From positions 20,646,001-20,710,000 of the forward strand of contig OX597828.1 in assembly GCA_951406725.2 (NCBI GenBank): a stretch of DNA of 64,000 bases. The letters run 5' to 3'. The first letter of the stretch is position 1; each line of letters begins with the position of its first letter. The notes under the pieces are model-generated. The model saw only the letters and a program-made list of their open reading frames with translations, did no database searches and was not told the DNA's origin. The translations under genes and the position numbers were made by a program. Source of the stretch: Octopus vulgaris. Its lineage: Eukaryota. Positions 12,286 through 25,160 of the stretch are shown in pieces.

Positions 12286-13113
12286 CGATTATTCAGTGTA
12301 TTGCCAGACGAAAGACATTTACAGTTATATCCCTGTTAATGAATATCTTTGGTTAATGGCAAACACGGTTGATTATTGAACTGTTTGCTCGGTCTGTATA
12401 TAGAGTATTCAACATTTATTCATATGCCTAGACATGGAGAGGATTTCGGTATTTTGTTTAACCTTTCAGTTTGCAATAATGCAATATTTCTCGGTGACAT
12501 AAATTGCAAATCCTTGAAGCATTAAAACGTGTGGGTGGAATAATTCTATAAGTACTCCAGCTTCTCGGGAATTCTGGGAATTTAAATAAAGCTTCAGTTT
12601 CCAAATATATTGAGATAGGCAAGTGGAGATTTATTTCTAAATAGATGAGTGTAGTGTATATGATTGGTTTTAAACTAATTCCTCACGAGTCTTGTGTAGT
12701 TCTTTTCAGTATTATCTGCAGATATCATTTTGCCGTGTAAGCAAGCGGCTTGTGACATGTTTGTCATTAAGTAAATAGGGCATAAAATTTCCGTAGCAAT
12801 ATGCAACGATTGAGTTGAAGTGACTCTTTTATGATTACGTTCGCAGTGATAGGATATTTGCGATGTTCTGCTTTATAAGCAAGTGTAGCTAACTTTAACA
12901 CTATTTCTATTGAAGAACTTTTGATAGTAATTTATCTGTAAATATTGTTACAGAAAAAGACCCAGAAAAGTACTAGTTATAGTGTTTGTTACTTACATCC
13001 ATCCATCCATACATACATACATATATACATATATACATATATATAAATATATACGTATATATATGTATATGAATAGATATATAAATATGTATATATACGT
13101 ATAGTTATGTATG

Positions 13114-13201
<88 letters not shown>

Positions 13202-14006
13202 TATATAATATATATATATATATATACATATATATAATAACTAAATATAAAAGCCAAGAATGATATTATACATGAGTATCTGTGTGAAGTGCATACACTC
13301 ACACATATATACACCCCTTTGCACATTAGAACATCCATACATAGACAACATAAAAACGCACGCATACGTACATACACACATACATACACACACACACATA
13401 CACACATACACACAGAGACTCCGTAAATACAGACAAAAGTGCATACATAAAAATGGCGGATAAATTATTTGCAGTGTGCTCAGGTGTAAGAGACGAGTGA
13501 TATCACATTTCATTTTCCACTTCTCTCCATTGCTGAATGAGATAACAACGGTGAATATTAACACAAAATGTAGAAATCTCAGTAGATGGCATCCATTGAC
13601 ATGCCAACAATGGGAATATCGGAACCGGCTCTTTAAAACTAGACAGTAATATAACTTATGGAAATGAATAGTAGAACGGAAGCGAATAGAGTTCCACGCT
13701 TGAAGAATTTCAATCTTCTTTGTCACAGTCCTACTTCTTAATTGACAGGTTATTTCAGGATCCGTAATAAACACATTATATATATATATATATATATGCA
13801 TGTGTGCATGTATGTATATATATGTATAAATATATATACATATATATACATATATATATATATATATACGTATATATGTATGCCTGTGGGCGAGTATGTG
13901 TATCCATGAATACATGCATGTATGACTATGTTTGAATGTATATATGTAGGTATACATACATACATACATATATATATATATATTGATAGATTGATAAATA
14001 ATATAG

Positions 14007-14051
<45 letters not shown>

Positions 14052-14176
14052 TGTGGGAGTATGTGTGTGTGTGCATGTGGCTGTCTGTGTTTGGGTGTAT
14101 GTATGGGAAGTTGAGTGTTCTTAAAAATTAAACCTGAATTTCACTGTTCCATTCAGCAATTGTGTGTGCATATTAC

Positions 14177-14224
<48 letters not shown>

Positions 14225-14878
14225 ACTGAAGCAAGTAAAAGATATATATATGTGTGTGTGTGTGTGTGTACGTATATTTATATGTTCATATGTATATATA
14301 TTAATAAGTATATGCGTGTGTGTGTAGATTATTTACATAGCCGTACATGTGTACATATAAGTGAGTTTACATCAATGTGTCTACGTATGTATATATATAT
14401 ATATATATATGTACATCGCTGAGAAGCTGAAGATTCTAAGAAACTATATCTGAATTTCCCGGTTCCGATCATTCAGACGATTAATGACTGTAACAGGCGG
14501 CGACGTATGAGCAATGATATTCTAAAACGAATTGAAATATAAATAGTTAACAGCACTTTGAGCTCGCAATAAAAAATGCGTCGAATTTTCCTGTTCATTA
14601 CCAAGTGAGCAAATGCATATTTTCATGAATTTAGGAAGGTAATCAAAACACACGTCAACAAAATAAGTGATACATATGGATGATGGAAGGATATCTAAAT
14701 CTTAATAAATATATGAATGTTTTCGGAATATGGAAGCATCTTTCATTTAATGGAATATCCATTAACGACGAAATATAACTTGTAAGCTAAATGATGGTTG
14801 GAAATTTTTCGGTAAATAGTGATGGAAATATATATGAAGTATTCACTAATTTATGTGTGTGTGTATGTAGTATACACG

Positions 14879-14916
<38 letters not shown>

Positions 14917-15140
14917 TATATGCGTGTGTGTATACATATATATATATATACTGTTCCGTGAAGGTAAGATCAACAAGAAAGGTACTCCATCTGGTGAGAG
15001 ATAAATATTATACATACATATATATATATACATACATATATATATACATGCATATATATATATATACATATATAAATATATATACATATATATATATATA
15101 TGCATATATGTATATTTGTGTGGGGTGTATGTATAATTAC

Positions 15141-15226
<86 letters not shown>

Positions 15227-15479
15227 TTGTATGTATGAATATATACAATTATATATATATATATATAGAAAGATGAAAGAGATACATACATATAAATATA
15301 AACGTGTGTGTGTGTGTCTGTCTGTTCGGAATTCTAAAAAAAATGCCTATAAAATGTAATACTTCTCCTAAAAAATATATCACCTCTTCTGAAACCTTTG
15401 ATCTAAGAAGAAACTTTTTCTATAAAGGACAGTACTAAGACATTAAAATCTCATGAGCCGTCTTCCTGGGTGTCTGAAT

Positions 15480-15810
15480 ATACACATACATTTTGAGAAT
15501 ATTTTTAATGTCTTCAATAAGCACTATAAAGCTTTGTTTCCTTGTCATCATCAGAGATAAACGAGTACTTTGCTTGTCACATTCTTTGCAGAAAGCAGAT
15601 ACTGGAGTTGTTACAATTGCACAGAGAGGAAGGGATTTCCGTATTTGTAATAAAAAGATTTCTTCTGTTAATACTATCTTTGATAGCAGAAGATGTTCTG
15701 GTGCGACTGTAACTGATTTTAACACGATTTTTATAGATCAGCGGTGGTGCCCCAGCATGGCCGCGGCCTTCGGGCAAAAACATTTTTAAGGATTTAAGGA
15801 TTTAAGGATC
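15480..15810 (+). mobile_element. Degenerate LINE-like 3' end with (TTTAAGGA)n tail
   Basis: Ends GGTGGTGCCCCAGCATGGCCGCGGCCTTCGGGCAAAAAC followed by three TTTAAGGA; the motif is shared with the CR1-like LINE tail at 40886. The 5' boundary is uncertain. Confidence 0.55.
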
Positions 15811-15849
15811 TTACAATAAATATCTTTTGTCTATTTATTTGTCTCACTC

Positions 15850-16000
15850 ATTAGACTGTGGGGCACGGCCTTGAAAAATTTTTTACTTCGATGAATCGGC
15901 TCCAGTACTAATTTTTCTTTTAAGTCTGGTTCTTATGCTATCGATAAACACACCAACACCAGTTGTCAAGCGGAGATGGGGGACAAAGACAGACAGACAG

Positions 16001-16050
<50 letters not shown>

Positions 16051-16170
16051 AGAGAGAGAGAGTCGAGCTTCCTTCAATTTCCGTCTACCAAATCCTCTCT
16101 CAAGGCTTTGGACGGTACGAGGCTATAATAGAAGATACTAGCTCAAGATGCCATGCAGTGGGACTGAACT
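15850..16170 (-). mobile_element. SINE family A, degenerate
   Basis: TTTCCGTCTACCAAATCC..CAAGGCTTTGG and ACACCAACACCAGTTGTCAAGCG blocks. Confidence 0.75.
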
Positions 16171-16279
16171 CACTCAAGAGTATATTTTTATATGTATATG
16201 TGTATGAATATGTGCTTACGTATGTGTATGCGTGCGTGTGTATGGTTTACGAAAATAGTGACAATATTAGAGCGAACAA

Positions 16280-16495
16280 TGGCAACGATCTGGCAGAATC
16301 GTGACCGTGCCGGAAAAAACGCTTTGCGACATTTCTTCCGACTTCACGTTCTGAGTTCAAATTCCGCCGGAGTTGATTTTGTCTTTCATCCTTTCGGGTT
16401 CGGTAAACTAAGAACCAGTTGAACATTGGAGTTGATGTAGTTAATAGACTTCCCTCTCCCTCGAAATTGCTGGCATTGTGCTAAAATTTGAAAAT
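16280..16495 (+). mobile_element. SINE family B, ATT-tail variant
   Basis: CTGGCAGAATCG head, GAGTTCAAATTCCGCC B box, TTTCATCCTTTCGGG central block, TTGTGCTAAAATTTGAAA tail. Confidence 0.8.
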
Positions 16496-18341
16496 ATTAC
16501 AGCGAACATTTAAACTAAAGGGAGGTTTGTGCCACAAAATCTTTCTTTTCCTATTTATGTCTATGAGTGTTTGTTCTTTATGAAATGTATTCTATTTTTG
16601 ATGCCACTGTATTTTTCATGCGTCATTACAATAATGGACAGCAGGATTAAGAGATTCTAAGTAAGAAGATAATCTGGGAATGCGTTTAATAATATTACTA
16701 AGATTTTAATACTTGTTGAGAGATTAAGAGAACTAATATTGATGAACGGTAATTTCTCGTTAGATTTACTATAAGGCCACTATTTAGTAATATCTAAATC
16801 TAAAGTTATACATTTAAAGCTTTGACAGTACTTAGATACATATTAAATGCAATCATAAAATCTAACACATTAAATAAGCTGATAAATTCCTTAATATTGT
16901 CTATTATAATGCTGTTCACGCTTCACAAAATAAATAACCTACCTCCACAAAGATAGAATACATTTTATATAGAGCAACACTGTTATTTATAAACTAACAT
17001 CCATAATACTGGATTTTAGTATGCGCTCATCAGCATACAGTTCGAAGGAGATGTTTAGTCGATTGACTCACCTCTCGGTATTTAGCGTATGGGGGGTGTT
17101 GATCTCGTACAATTAAACGGATGAAAGAGTTGTGACAAAGGCCCAGAAAACCAAGGCGAGATGGTCAAGACTTTGAAGGACATTGATCAGGGGTCAGGTC
17201 TTTTCGACCTGGATTGATCTGGACGAAAACAATAGTGAGGTCGGTCACTAACACAACTCCCATTGTATGACCTCTGAGTAGCTTAAATGAGGCTAGTCAT
17301 TGATCACCTGCTAAAACATCAGGCAACTATCCTTCAAGCCTCAGCTTAGTGCCTTCAAAAGACGGAAAACACAATAAATAACTTAGTCCAAGATAAATGG
17401 TGCATTATGATCACGAAAACAACAGTTAAAACTCCTACACCACATCCACTAACGGAAGCGATTTGACCATCGTCTTCTAGAAATAGGAGCCAATAGTCCC
17501 TCAAAACCTGATCACGATAAAATAGTTTTGGAGTTAATTCAAAAAACATTGAAAAGCAACGGACGAATTAACCCGACCCATTCCCCCATAGCCCATGATA
17601 CACTATACTTACGGTCATGACTTCAACGCTTATATTAGGTTTGGTCGATCAAGACTAACTTGAATCTAAAGAACAACGACAACAGTTTATTAAATGATAA
17701 TCAGATGATTTTGTGAAATTAGAGAACGGAATGATTGTTGAATAATGATTAATAAAGCACTGAATTGATGCTCAGTAGACTATACAGTTACGAAAATAAA
17801 GTTATCTTTATTGTCGTAAGGTTCCGCTTTGTTACCGCCATATTGTGATAGCAATTACCTTTATCAATTCACCTATTGTTCTTGGTGTTTTTGTTTTTCA
17901 GTGTTTTTGCACTTGTGGTCATTGAATATGCAGATTGGTGGACAAGGAAAATTAAATTATCGTTAGCAAATTTGTAATTTAATCATTCGAATAAATTTAC
18001 TGCTATAAAAAGCGCAATGCAACAGAAACATAACTGAATACATGGACACGCATAAACCATATATATACACGAACATCTGTATGCGTACACACGTTAATGC
18101 ATCAACATATTAGAATCCTTCTGATATTTTCATTCTCTCCCTTGGTAATGGTTGTGATTAGGAAATTTGGTTTTACCAGACGGTGTCTATCTTCTTAAAT
18201 AAAATTACTGTGAAGGGTTTGTTCTACGCACCGCTATTGTTTAACTTTTGCGAAAGAGTTCGCCTTTGTTATGTTGCTAATGAAAGTATTATTTTTGTTT
18301 TTGTTTCTGTGCCTCTTGCTATTGCCGCTGCTGCTGAGGAA

Positions 18342-18398
<57 letters not shown>

Positions 18399-18454
18399 GG
18401 TGGTGATATTCATCTTCTTGTTGTTGTCTTCGTTGCTCTTTTATCTCTTATTTT

Positions 18455-18665
18455 TAATCTTTTGACTTGTTTCAGTCATTTGACTGCGACCATGCTGGGG
18501 CACCGCCTTAAAAGGTTTTAATCCAACAAATCGCCCCCATGACTTATTTTTTAAACCTGGTACTTATTTTATCGGTCTCTTTTGCCGAGCGACTAGGTTA
18601 CGGGGCTGTAAACACGCCAATATTGGTTGTCAGGCGGTAGTAGGTGACAAACGCAAACACGGAGA
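18455..18665 (-). mobile_element. SINE family A, 3' half
   Basis: CTTGTTTCAGTCATTTGACTGCGACCATGCTGGGGCACCGCC is the reverse complement of the family tail. Confidence 0.8.
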
Positions 18666-18761
18666 TAGATATATACCTACTTACATATATATATATATAT
18701 ATACACACATACATACATATATACATACATACATACATACATACATACATACATACATACA

Positions 18762-18797
<36 letters not shown>

Positions 18798-18824
18798 CAT
18801 GTATACATATGTGTGTGTATAAAA

Positions 18825-19810
18825 ACGGGTATGATATGGATAGAATAAGGAAACAAATTATGCAAAATATTTAGCCAATTAACCCTAAGAACCACAATTA
18901 GTACAAACCTTAAAAAAGCCAACTTCCTAGACATTAACAGGAATCTTAACACAGGAGAATTTAAACCCTACCACAAACAAAACGAGGAAGCATTGGACTT
19001 AGACACAGGTTCCAACCAACACCCGGCAGTAATTAAACAAGTAGTTAACAACAGCAGGCGTGTCTCCAATTTATCCGTCGATAAATACACTTTCGAAAAA
19101 GTCGTCCCATATTATAATGCTGCATTAGAAAGGTCCAACATCAAGAATAGCATACACTACATTGAACTAAATATAAATAGCCCAAGAAGACACAGAGGAA
19201 AATATTATGGATCAACCCATTTTATAGCCTGACTATAGTCACTAACATAGTTAGGAAATTCTTAAAACTAATAGACAACTACTTTCCACATTCACACAAG
19301 TACCACAAGATTTTAAACAGAAATACTGTTAAAGTTAGCTATAGTTCCTTCCCCAATAAACATAAACATAAACATAACACACCAGAAGCACCCCCGAAAG
19401 ACAATGCAACTGTAGATACACAAACCTCTACCCACTAAACAACAACTGTCTCAAGAAAAAACTTGTGCACAAGGCCAAGATCACGAACCCCGACGAAATA
19501 GCAAGGATGTCTATCAGAATGACGGGCATCTCATTCGAGGAAAGGTATACTCAACATCTGGCGTCATTCAGAGACAAAAACAAAAAACATGCAACGTCCA
19601 GTAAAATACGATATGGACCTTGAAAGAAGGGAGATTAAGATCATTGCTAAAGTCAAAAAGAAAAGAATACACAGAACGGGGTACCAAATGTGAACTCTGT
19701 ATTACTGAAAAATTAACATTATGCAATCAACAGATAACATCCTAATCATTAGAGATGAAACCTTCTCTTTTTGCATGCACAAACAATATTTTACGCTCAA
19801 ATATTTCAAA
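18825..19810 (+). mobile_element. Penelope-like element remnant (RT C-terminus, linker, GIY-YIG region)
   Basis: Stitched frames give ANFLDI..NLNTGEFKPYHK, SNQHPAVIKQ..SRRVSNLS..YYNAALERS, LNRNTVKVSYS, CNC..PLNNNCL, FEERYTQHLASFR and CELCITEK, all typical of Penelope-type ORFs. Confidence 0.8.
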
Positions 19811-20487
19811 TATTTACGTGAGGGCAACCATACCAGGATAGCTCATTTCCTAAAGGTGAATACACATAGCACACACACTTCACACAAATAAATATGTACC
19901 AATGACGAACTAACTCAGCACTCAAGTATAAGAATACCATGTCCAGAACAAAAAGAAAATTATGTAAAATAATTCAAACAAATTGATCACAAAAAAGTTG
20001 TCCAAAAGACAAATTAAAAAGAAACAAACATCCACAAGATGTCACTCAAGTGTAACGCCCCTTAATTCATTGTTATATTATTTTATTTACACGAATTTAC
20101 GAGAAAACCCGTAAACGAAGCGAAACTGTTTTCTAAAATAGAGGTTGACACTTTTCTCCATGTAATCGGCTTGACAAATTGTCAAGAAGCAAGGGTATTT
20201 TCCTAATTTTCTTAACATGAAACCACAATGTTAGCCTTAATTCAGAAATAAAGAAATTATATCCACCAATGCAGTGTTGAGCACTCAATTCCATCGTTCG
20301 ACATTTACGTATTGATATATATTCTCGATCACAATAGAGGAATGAAGAAATGCATTGTAAATAAAGGCAGATAAAAAAAACGTATACGATACAGAGGGTC
20401 CCTAATCCTTCATCAGTTATCAACCAGAATCGTAATACTCGATTTCACACCTTTAATGATAAGACTGGGGGGTTTCTCATCTTGGTG

Positions 20488-20731
20488 GACCCATCTGATT
20501 ATCATGTATTCTGCAGTTTTTAAAATCATTTGGACGGAAAAAATATGAATTTTGTCAGAACAGTACTGGAGGAGTATTTTTCGTCACGGACAAGTGAATT
20601 TTGGAAGAGAGGCCTTGGAAGTCTACCAGATAGATGGAAAAGCATTGTAGAAAATGAAGGATTAAAAAGAACTTTGCTTATCTTAATTCTGAAAAATAAA
20701 AGAAGTGTAAATAAAACGCATTATTTATGAT
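20488..20731 (+). mobile_element. Mariner transposase C-terminal remnant and right end
   Basis: PSDYHVFCSF*NHLDGKNM..VRTVLEEYFSSRTSEFWKRGLGSLPDRWKSIVENEG matches the mariner (A)PSDYHLF...GI..L..RW..C motif; ends in TA. Confidence 0.85.
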
Positions 20732-20762
20732 ATATATATATAAATATATATATGTATGTGTG

Positions 20763-20805
<43 letters not shown>

Positions 20806-20879
20806 CACACATACATATATATATTTATATATATATATCATAAATAATGCGTTTTATTTACACTTCTTTTATTTTTCAG

Positions 20880-20916
<37 letters not shown>

Positions 20917-20921
<5 letters not shown>

Positions 20922-21135
20922 CAAGTAATAAAAGAGGGACCACATGTGGTCACTCTAACGCTAGAAATAGATCCGCAAAGGGAATCCACCACTAAAGAAT
21001 TGTTCTCAAGCATTAATTCAACATTAATGCTTGAATTAATGCTTGAGATCAATTCTTTAGTGGTGGATTCCCTTTGCGAATCTATTTCTAGCGTTAGAGT
21101 GACCACATGTGGTCCCTCTCTTATTACTTGTATTA
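20917..21135. repeat. Near-perfect 219-bp palindrome in (TA)n
   Basis: Arms 20917-21021 and 21031-21135, 9-nt loop, 3 mismatches by eye. Confidence 0.95.
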
Positions 21136-21257
21136 ATAATTTTTACTGTATCACATTTTTTTTACGCTAGGCCACTTGGTGTTTTAAATTGATGTTATTA
21201 ATTAATATTAAATTTTTTTTCACCCTTATTGTGATTTATATATATATATAGTTTAAA

Positions 21258-21420
21258 TTTATAGAAAAACAAAAAAAAACGAAGACAAGTGTAAGAACAA
21301 CAAGCGTATTAGTTTGACGCTCGGGAAAAATGGAACAGGTCTTTTATGTTTCGAGCCTATGCTCTTCAACAGAAAGGAATAAGAGGAGATAAATATAGAC
21401 AAAATGAAGAAAGTTGAAAA
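21258..21420 (-). mobile_element. Penelope-like terminal repeat fragment with minimal hammerhead-like motif
   Basis: Reverse complement matches 58575-58700 (CTGTTGAAGAGCATAGGCTCGAAAC...GCGTCAAACTAATAC). Confidence 0.7.
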
Positions 21421-21814
21421 GGAGAGAGGCTGGCAAAGTATTAACGTACGGTGTTTACGTATGGATACATGCATGTACATATATAAACATGTATGTATGT
21501 ATATGTATAGATATATATCGTATTAGGTCTTATATTCTTGAAAAATATGATACTTATGCGTAAATCAGGGAAACGGCTGTGGAGGAAAAGAGGCGAAATT
21601 TTAAAATATCATTGTGATATTTTGCGTTCTACTCTAATACACTTGTGTGTGTGGCCACATGCTCGTGCGTATATATGAGAATGTGTATATGTGTGCGTGT
21701 GTATAACTATGTGTGTAACTATGTGTGTATGTATATATGTGTATATGTGTATATATATACATACATACACACATATATTCGCATACATAGATAGAAAGAT
21801 AGATGCGTATATAC

Positions 21815-21849
<35 letters not shown>

Positions 21850-22314
21850 TATATATATTAAATACATTTAATGTGTTTATTTATGAGAGTGTGTATGCAT
21901 ATTTGAATGTACGTGTTTATTCGACTGTGGTATAATTTTGAGAATACAGTATTTCATTGAAGTAACCACCATTAGCTATGAATTGAATTAACTTGAATTT
22001 TTACTTCAATTAAACTACGTTGACTTTATCTAACTTGTGATTATTATATTGTGTCTGATGTTGTTGTTTCTGTATATCGTTACAGCTTAGATTAGTAGGA
22101 AATTTGAAACATGAAAATAATTAGCAAGAGATGTAATTACTGAAATTTATCTTCTCTTTTAGGATTTGGTAGCGCTAGTTTCTGATAAATGTTATTAAAA
22201 TATTTAAATATATACCGAGAGAGAAGCAGCAAGTCTTTAATAAAATGAAATAAGTGTATTCAATGTATTAAAAATACTATTTTTGTTTTTGTTCTTCGTT
22301 TGTCGATTCAAAGT

Positions 22315-22315
22315 G

Positions 22316-22372
<57 letters not shown>

Positions 22373-22377
22373 GTAAG

Positions 22378-22443
<66 letters not shown>

Positions 22444-22490
22444 CATACATACATACATACATACATACATACATACATACATACATAGAG
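22315..22490. repeat. (GATA)n followed by (CATA)n microsatellite
   Basis: Direct inspection. Confidence 0.97.
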
Positions 22491-23760
22491 ATAAGTTTCT
22501 TTATTGGCCACACAGGGCTGCACACAGATGGGACAAGTTACAAGGTAGAGCTTTTCTTTTGGGGGATGAAAAAAACAAAATACAAAAAACAAAAGAAACA
22601 AAAAAAAGGTGGCGTAGGTTTTCGATCAAAAGGGATTGTAAAAGGGAAAAAAAGAAGAAAAAAATTTTTTAAATGAAAGAAGAAAAGGAAAAGGAATAAA
22701 AGAAAAGAGAAATGAAAAAAAGAAGAAAAAAGGGGAAAAAAAGGGGAAGAGGGAAAAAAACGATCAATAGGGATCGTGTATCACAGTGTTATGATATATG
22801 GTGTAAAGGGAAGAGCGAGTAAGGTTTATCCGTGGGAAGAAAAGCCTACGAAAAAGACCACGGTAACCTTGGTCAATATTCTTATATGTTACCACATTTG
22901 TTTGCAAGTGGGTAACCCTCTGTTTTCAATTTCTGGGTTCATAGGATTATGCTCAAGGTGGCTTCGTCATTCATACGTGCCATCCTTGCTACATTCACCC
23001 ATCTTTTTTTAAAACATTCGCTAGACAAAACTTGCCTCTCTACTCTCACTTTCTTTTCAAGTGGTACTTGAAGAAGTTGATGAGAGATTGACCAGAGAGG
23101 AAAGTGTTTGTCTCCAATCCTTTCAGACGCGTCCACCAGATACATTCTTTCGCCATAGCCACAAGGATGATGAAAATAGCTCTTCCTTCCCGTTTGATGG
23201 AAGGAGGCGTGACAATATTGACGATAGACTCAGCTGATAAACCGACTCGTCCCACACGTGACAGCAGTTGTTCAACATAAGCCTACAGGTCGGAAATTGT
23301 TGGACACTGCATGAGTGCGTGCAGAACGGTTTCGTCGCTCTGACCGCATCTCGGGCAGGTCGGCCCCGTGTTTCTCGAGCCGTGTCTGTAGAGCTTATCC
23401 CGAACGGGTAGCGCTTCTCGGTAGCACTGCCAGGCCAGGGATCTCTAGAAGTTGTCCATGGGCCCTGGCCCGAAAGTCGTCCCGAACAGGCGGGTCAGGT
23501 ACTCCTCGTCGACGTCCAGGTTCGTCCCGAGCTCGTCGTCGTACCTCCCCGCCACTAATCCCCTATAGAATGCTTTGGTTATGATGAAGTCACTCAAGGT
23601 CGACCCAGGACGGCAGAGTTGCTTGAGAGCAACGCGACACTCGCGGTGCCATTCGCCCTTCCTCGGCCTCTTTTTGATCCACGACTGCAGTTCGGTCAGG
23701 AAGACGAGCTGCAGGAAAGCGTGCCTCACAAACGGCGACCACACCAGTTCACCTAGGAAG
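22491..23760 (-). mobile_element. 5'-truncated L1/Tx1-type non-LTR retrotransposon, copy 1
   Basis: Minus translation RSLAWQCYREALPVRDKLYRHG..PTCPRCGQSDETVLHALMQCP..AKECIWWTR is the zf-RVT-like C-terminus of L1/Tx1 ORF2, interrupted by stops. T-rich 3' UTR and AATAAA are followed by TATC/TATG repeats. Confidence 0.8.
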
Positions 23761-23792
23761 ATAGATAGATGGATAGGTAAGCAAATGGATAA

Positions 23793-23877
<85 letters not shown>

Positions 23878-23912
23878 AACATACATAGTCAAGTAGACAG
23901 ACATACAGACAG

Positions 23913-24905
23913 ATAACTTTCTTTATTGGCCACACAGGGCTGAAATACAGAGGGGACAAATACAAATGTAGAGCTTTTCTTTTTGAAGATGGAAAAAGAA
24001 AAAGGAAACAAAACAGGAAACAAATGTAAAATTCCGATCAAAAGGGATCGGGAAAAAAAAGCGATCAAAAGGGATCGTGTATTACTGAAACAAAAAAATG
24101 TTTTTAACAGTAAGAAACAAGATTAGGTTCATCCGTGGGAAGAAAAACCTACAGAAAAGACCACGGTAATCTCAGTCAGAGAGGAAATAAACACATGAGT
24201 ACAAAGTGATCTCTCTCTTTCTCTCTTTTTTCGATTTACAGGATCATGCTCAAAGTGGTTTCATCACTCGCACGCGCCACCTTTGCTACATTCACCCACC
24301 TTTTATTGAAACCTGCCTCACCATTCTCACCTTCCTTTTCAAGTGGGACTTGAAAAAGTTGATGAGCGATTGGTCAGAGAGGTAAGTGTTTGTCTCTAAT
24401 CCTTTCGCTCGGGTCCACCGCACACATTCTTTCACCATGGTCACCAGTACGATGAAAACTGCCTTGCCTTCCCGGTTGAGGGAAGGGGGCGGAGCAAATT
24501 TCACAATAGACTCGGCCGACAGGCGGACTCGTCCCACACGTGACAGCAGCCGTTCAGCATAAGCCCACAGGTTTGAAATGGTTGGACACTGCACGAGTGC
24601 GTGCAGAACGGTTTCATCGCTCTGACCGCATCTCGGGCAAGTCGGTCAAGTGTGTCTCGAACCGTGCCTGTAGAGCTTATCCCGAACAGGTAATGCTTCT
24701 TGATAGCATTGCCAGGCCAAGGATCTTTGGTGATTGTCCATAGGTCCCGGCCCGAAAGTGATCCTGAACAGGCGGGTCAGGTGTTCTTCGTTGACGCCCA
24801 GATTCTGTCCGAGAACGTCGTCGCACTTCCCCTCCACTAGTCCTCACACATTTTACTTGGCTCGAGTAATTCGCCCCCCCCCCGTTCATCTACCAGAGAC
24901 CGAGG
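23913..24905 (-). mobile_element. 5'-truncated L1/Tx1-type retrotransposon, copy 2 (diverged subfamily)
   Basis: Paralogous to copy 1 (FGPGPMDNHQRSLAWQCYQEALPVRDKLYRHG, CPRCGQSDETVLHALVQC) with the same 3' terminus CAGCCCTGTGTGGCCAATAAAGAAA; GATA repeats on both sides. Confidence 0.8.
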
Positions 24906-25079
24906 TAGATAGATAGAGAGAGAGAGAGAGAGAGACAGACAGAGAGACAGACAGAGAGACAGACAGAGAGACAGAGACAGATAGATAGAGAGATAGATAG
25001 ATAGATACATACATACATACATACATACATACATACATACATACATACATACATACATACATAGGCAGATACACAGACT

Positions 25080-25160
<81 letters not shown>

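Noticed and set aside
11716-12339. 207-aa Ser/Gly-rich ORF resembling a structural protein
   Set aside because: Pure AGT/GGT codon runs open in several frames on both strands; no splice or domain evidence.
20395-20420. Minus-strand CTGATGAAGG as a hammerhead core
   Set aside because: No matching stem II closure plus GAAA and cleavage triplet found downstream.
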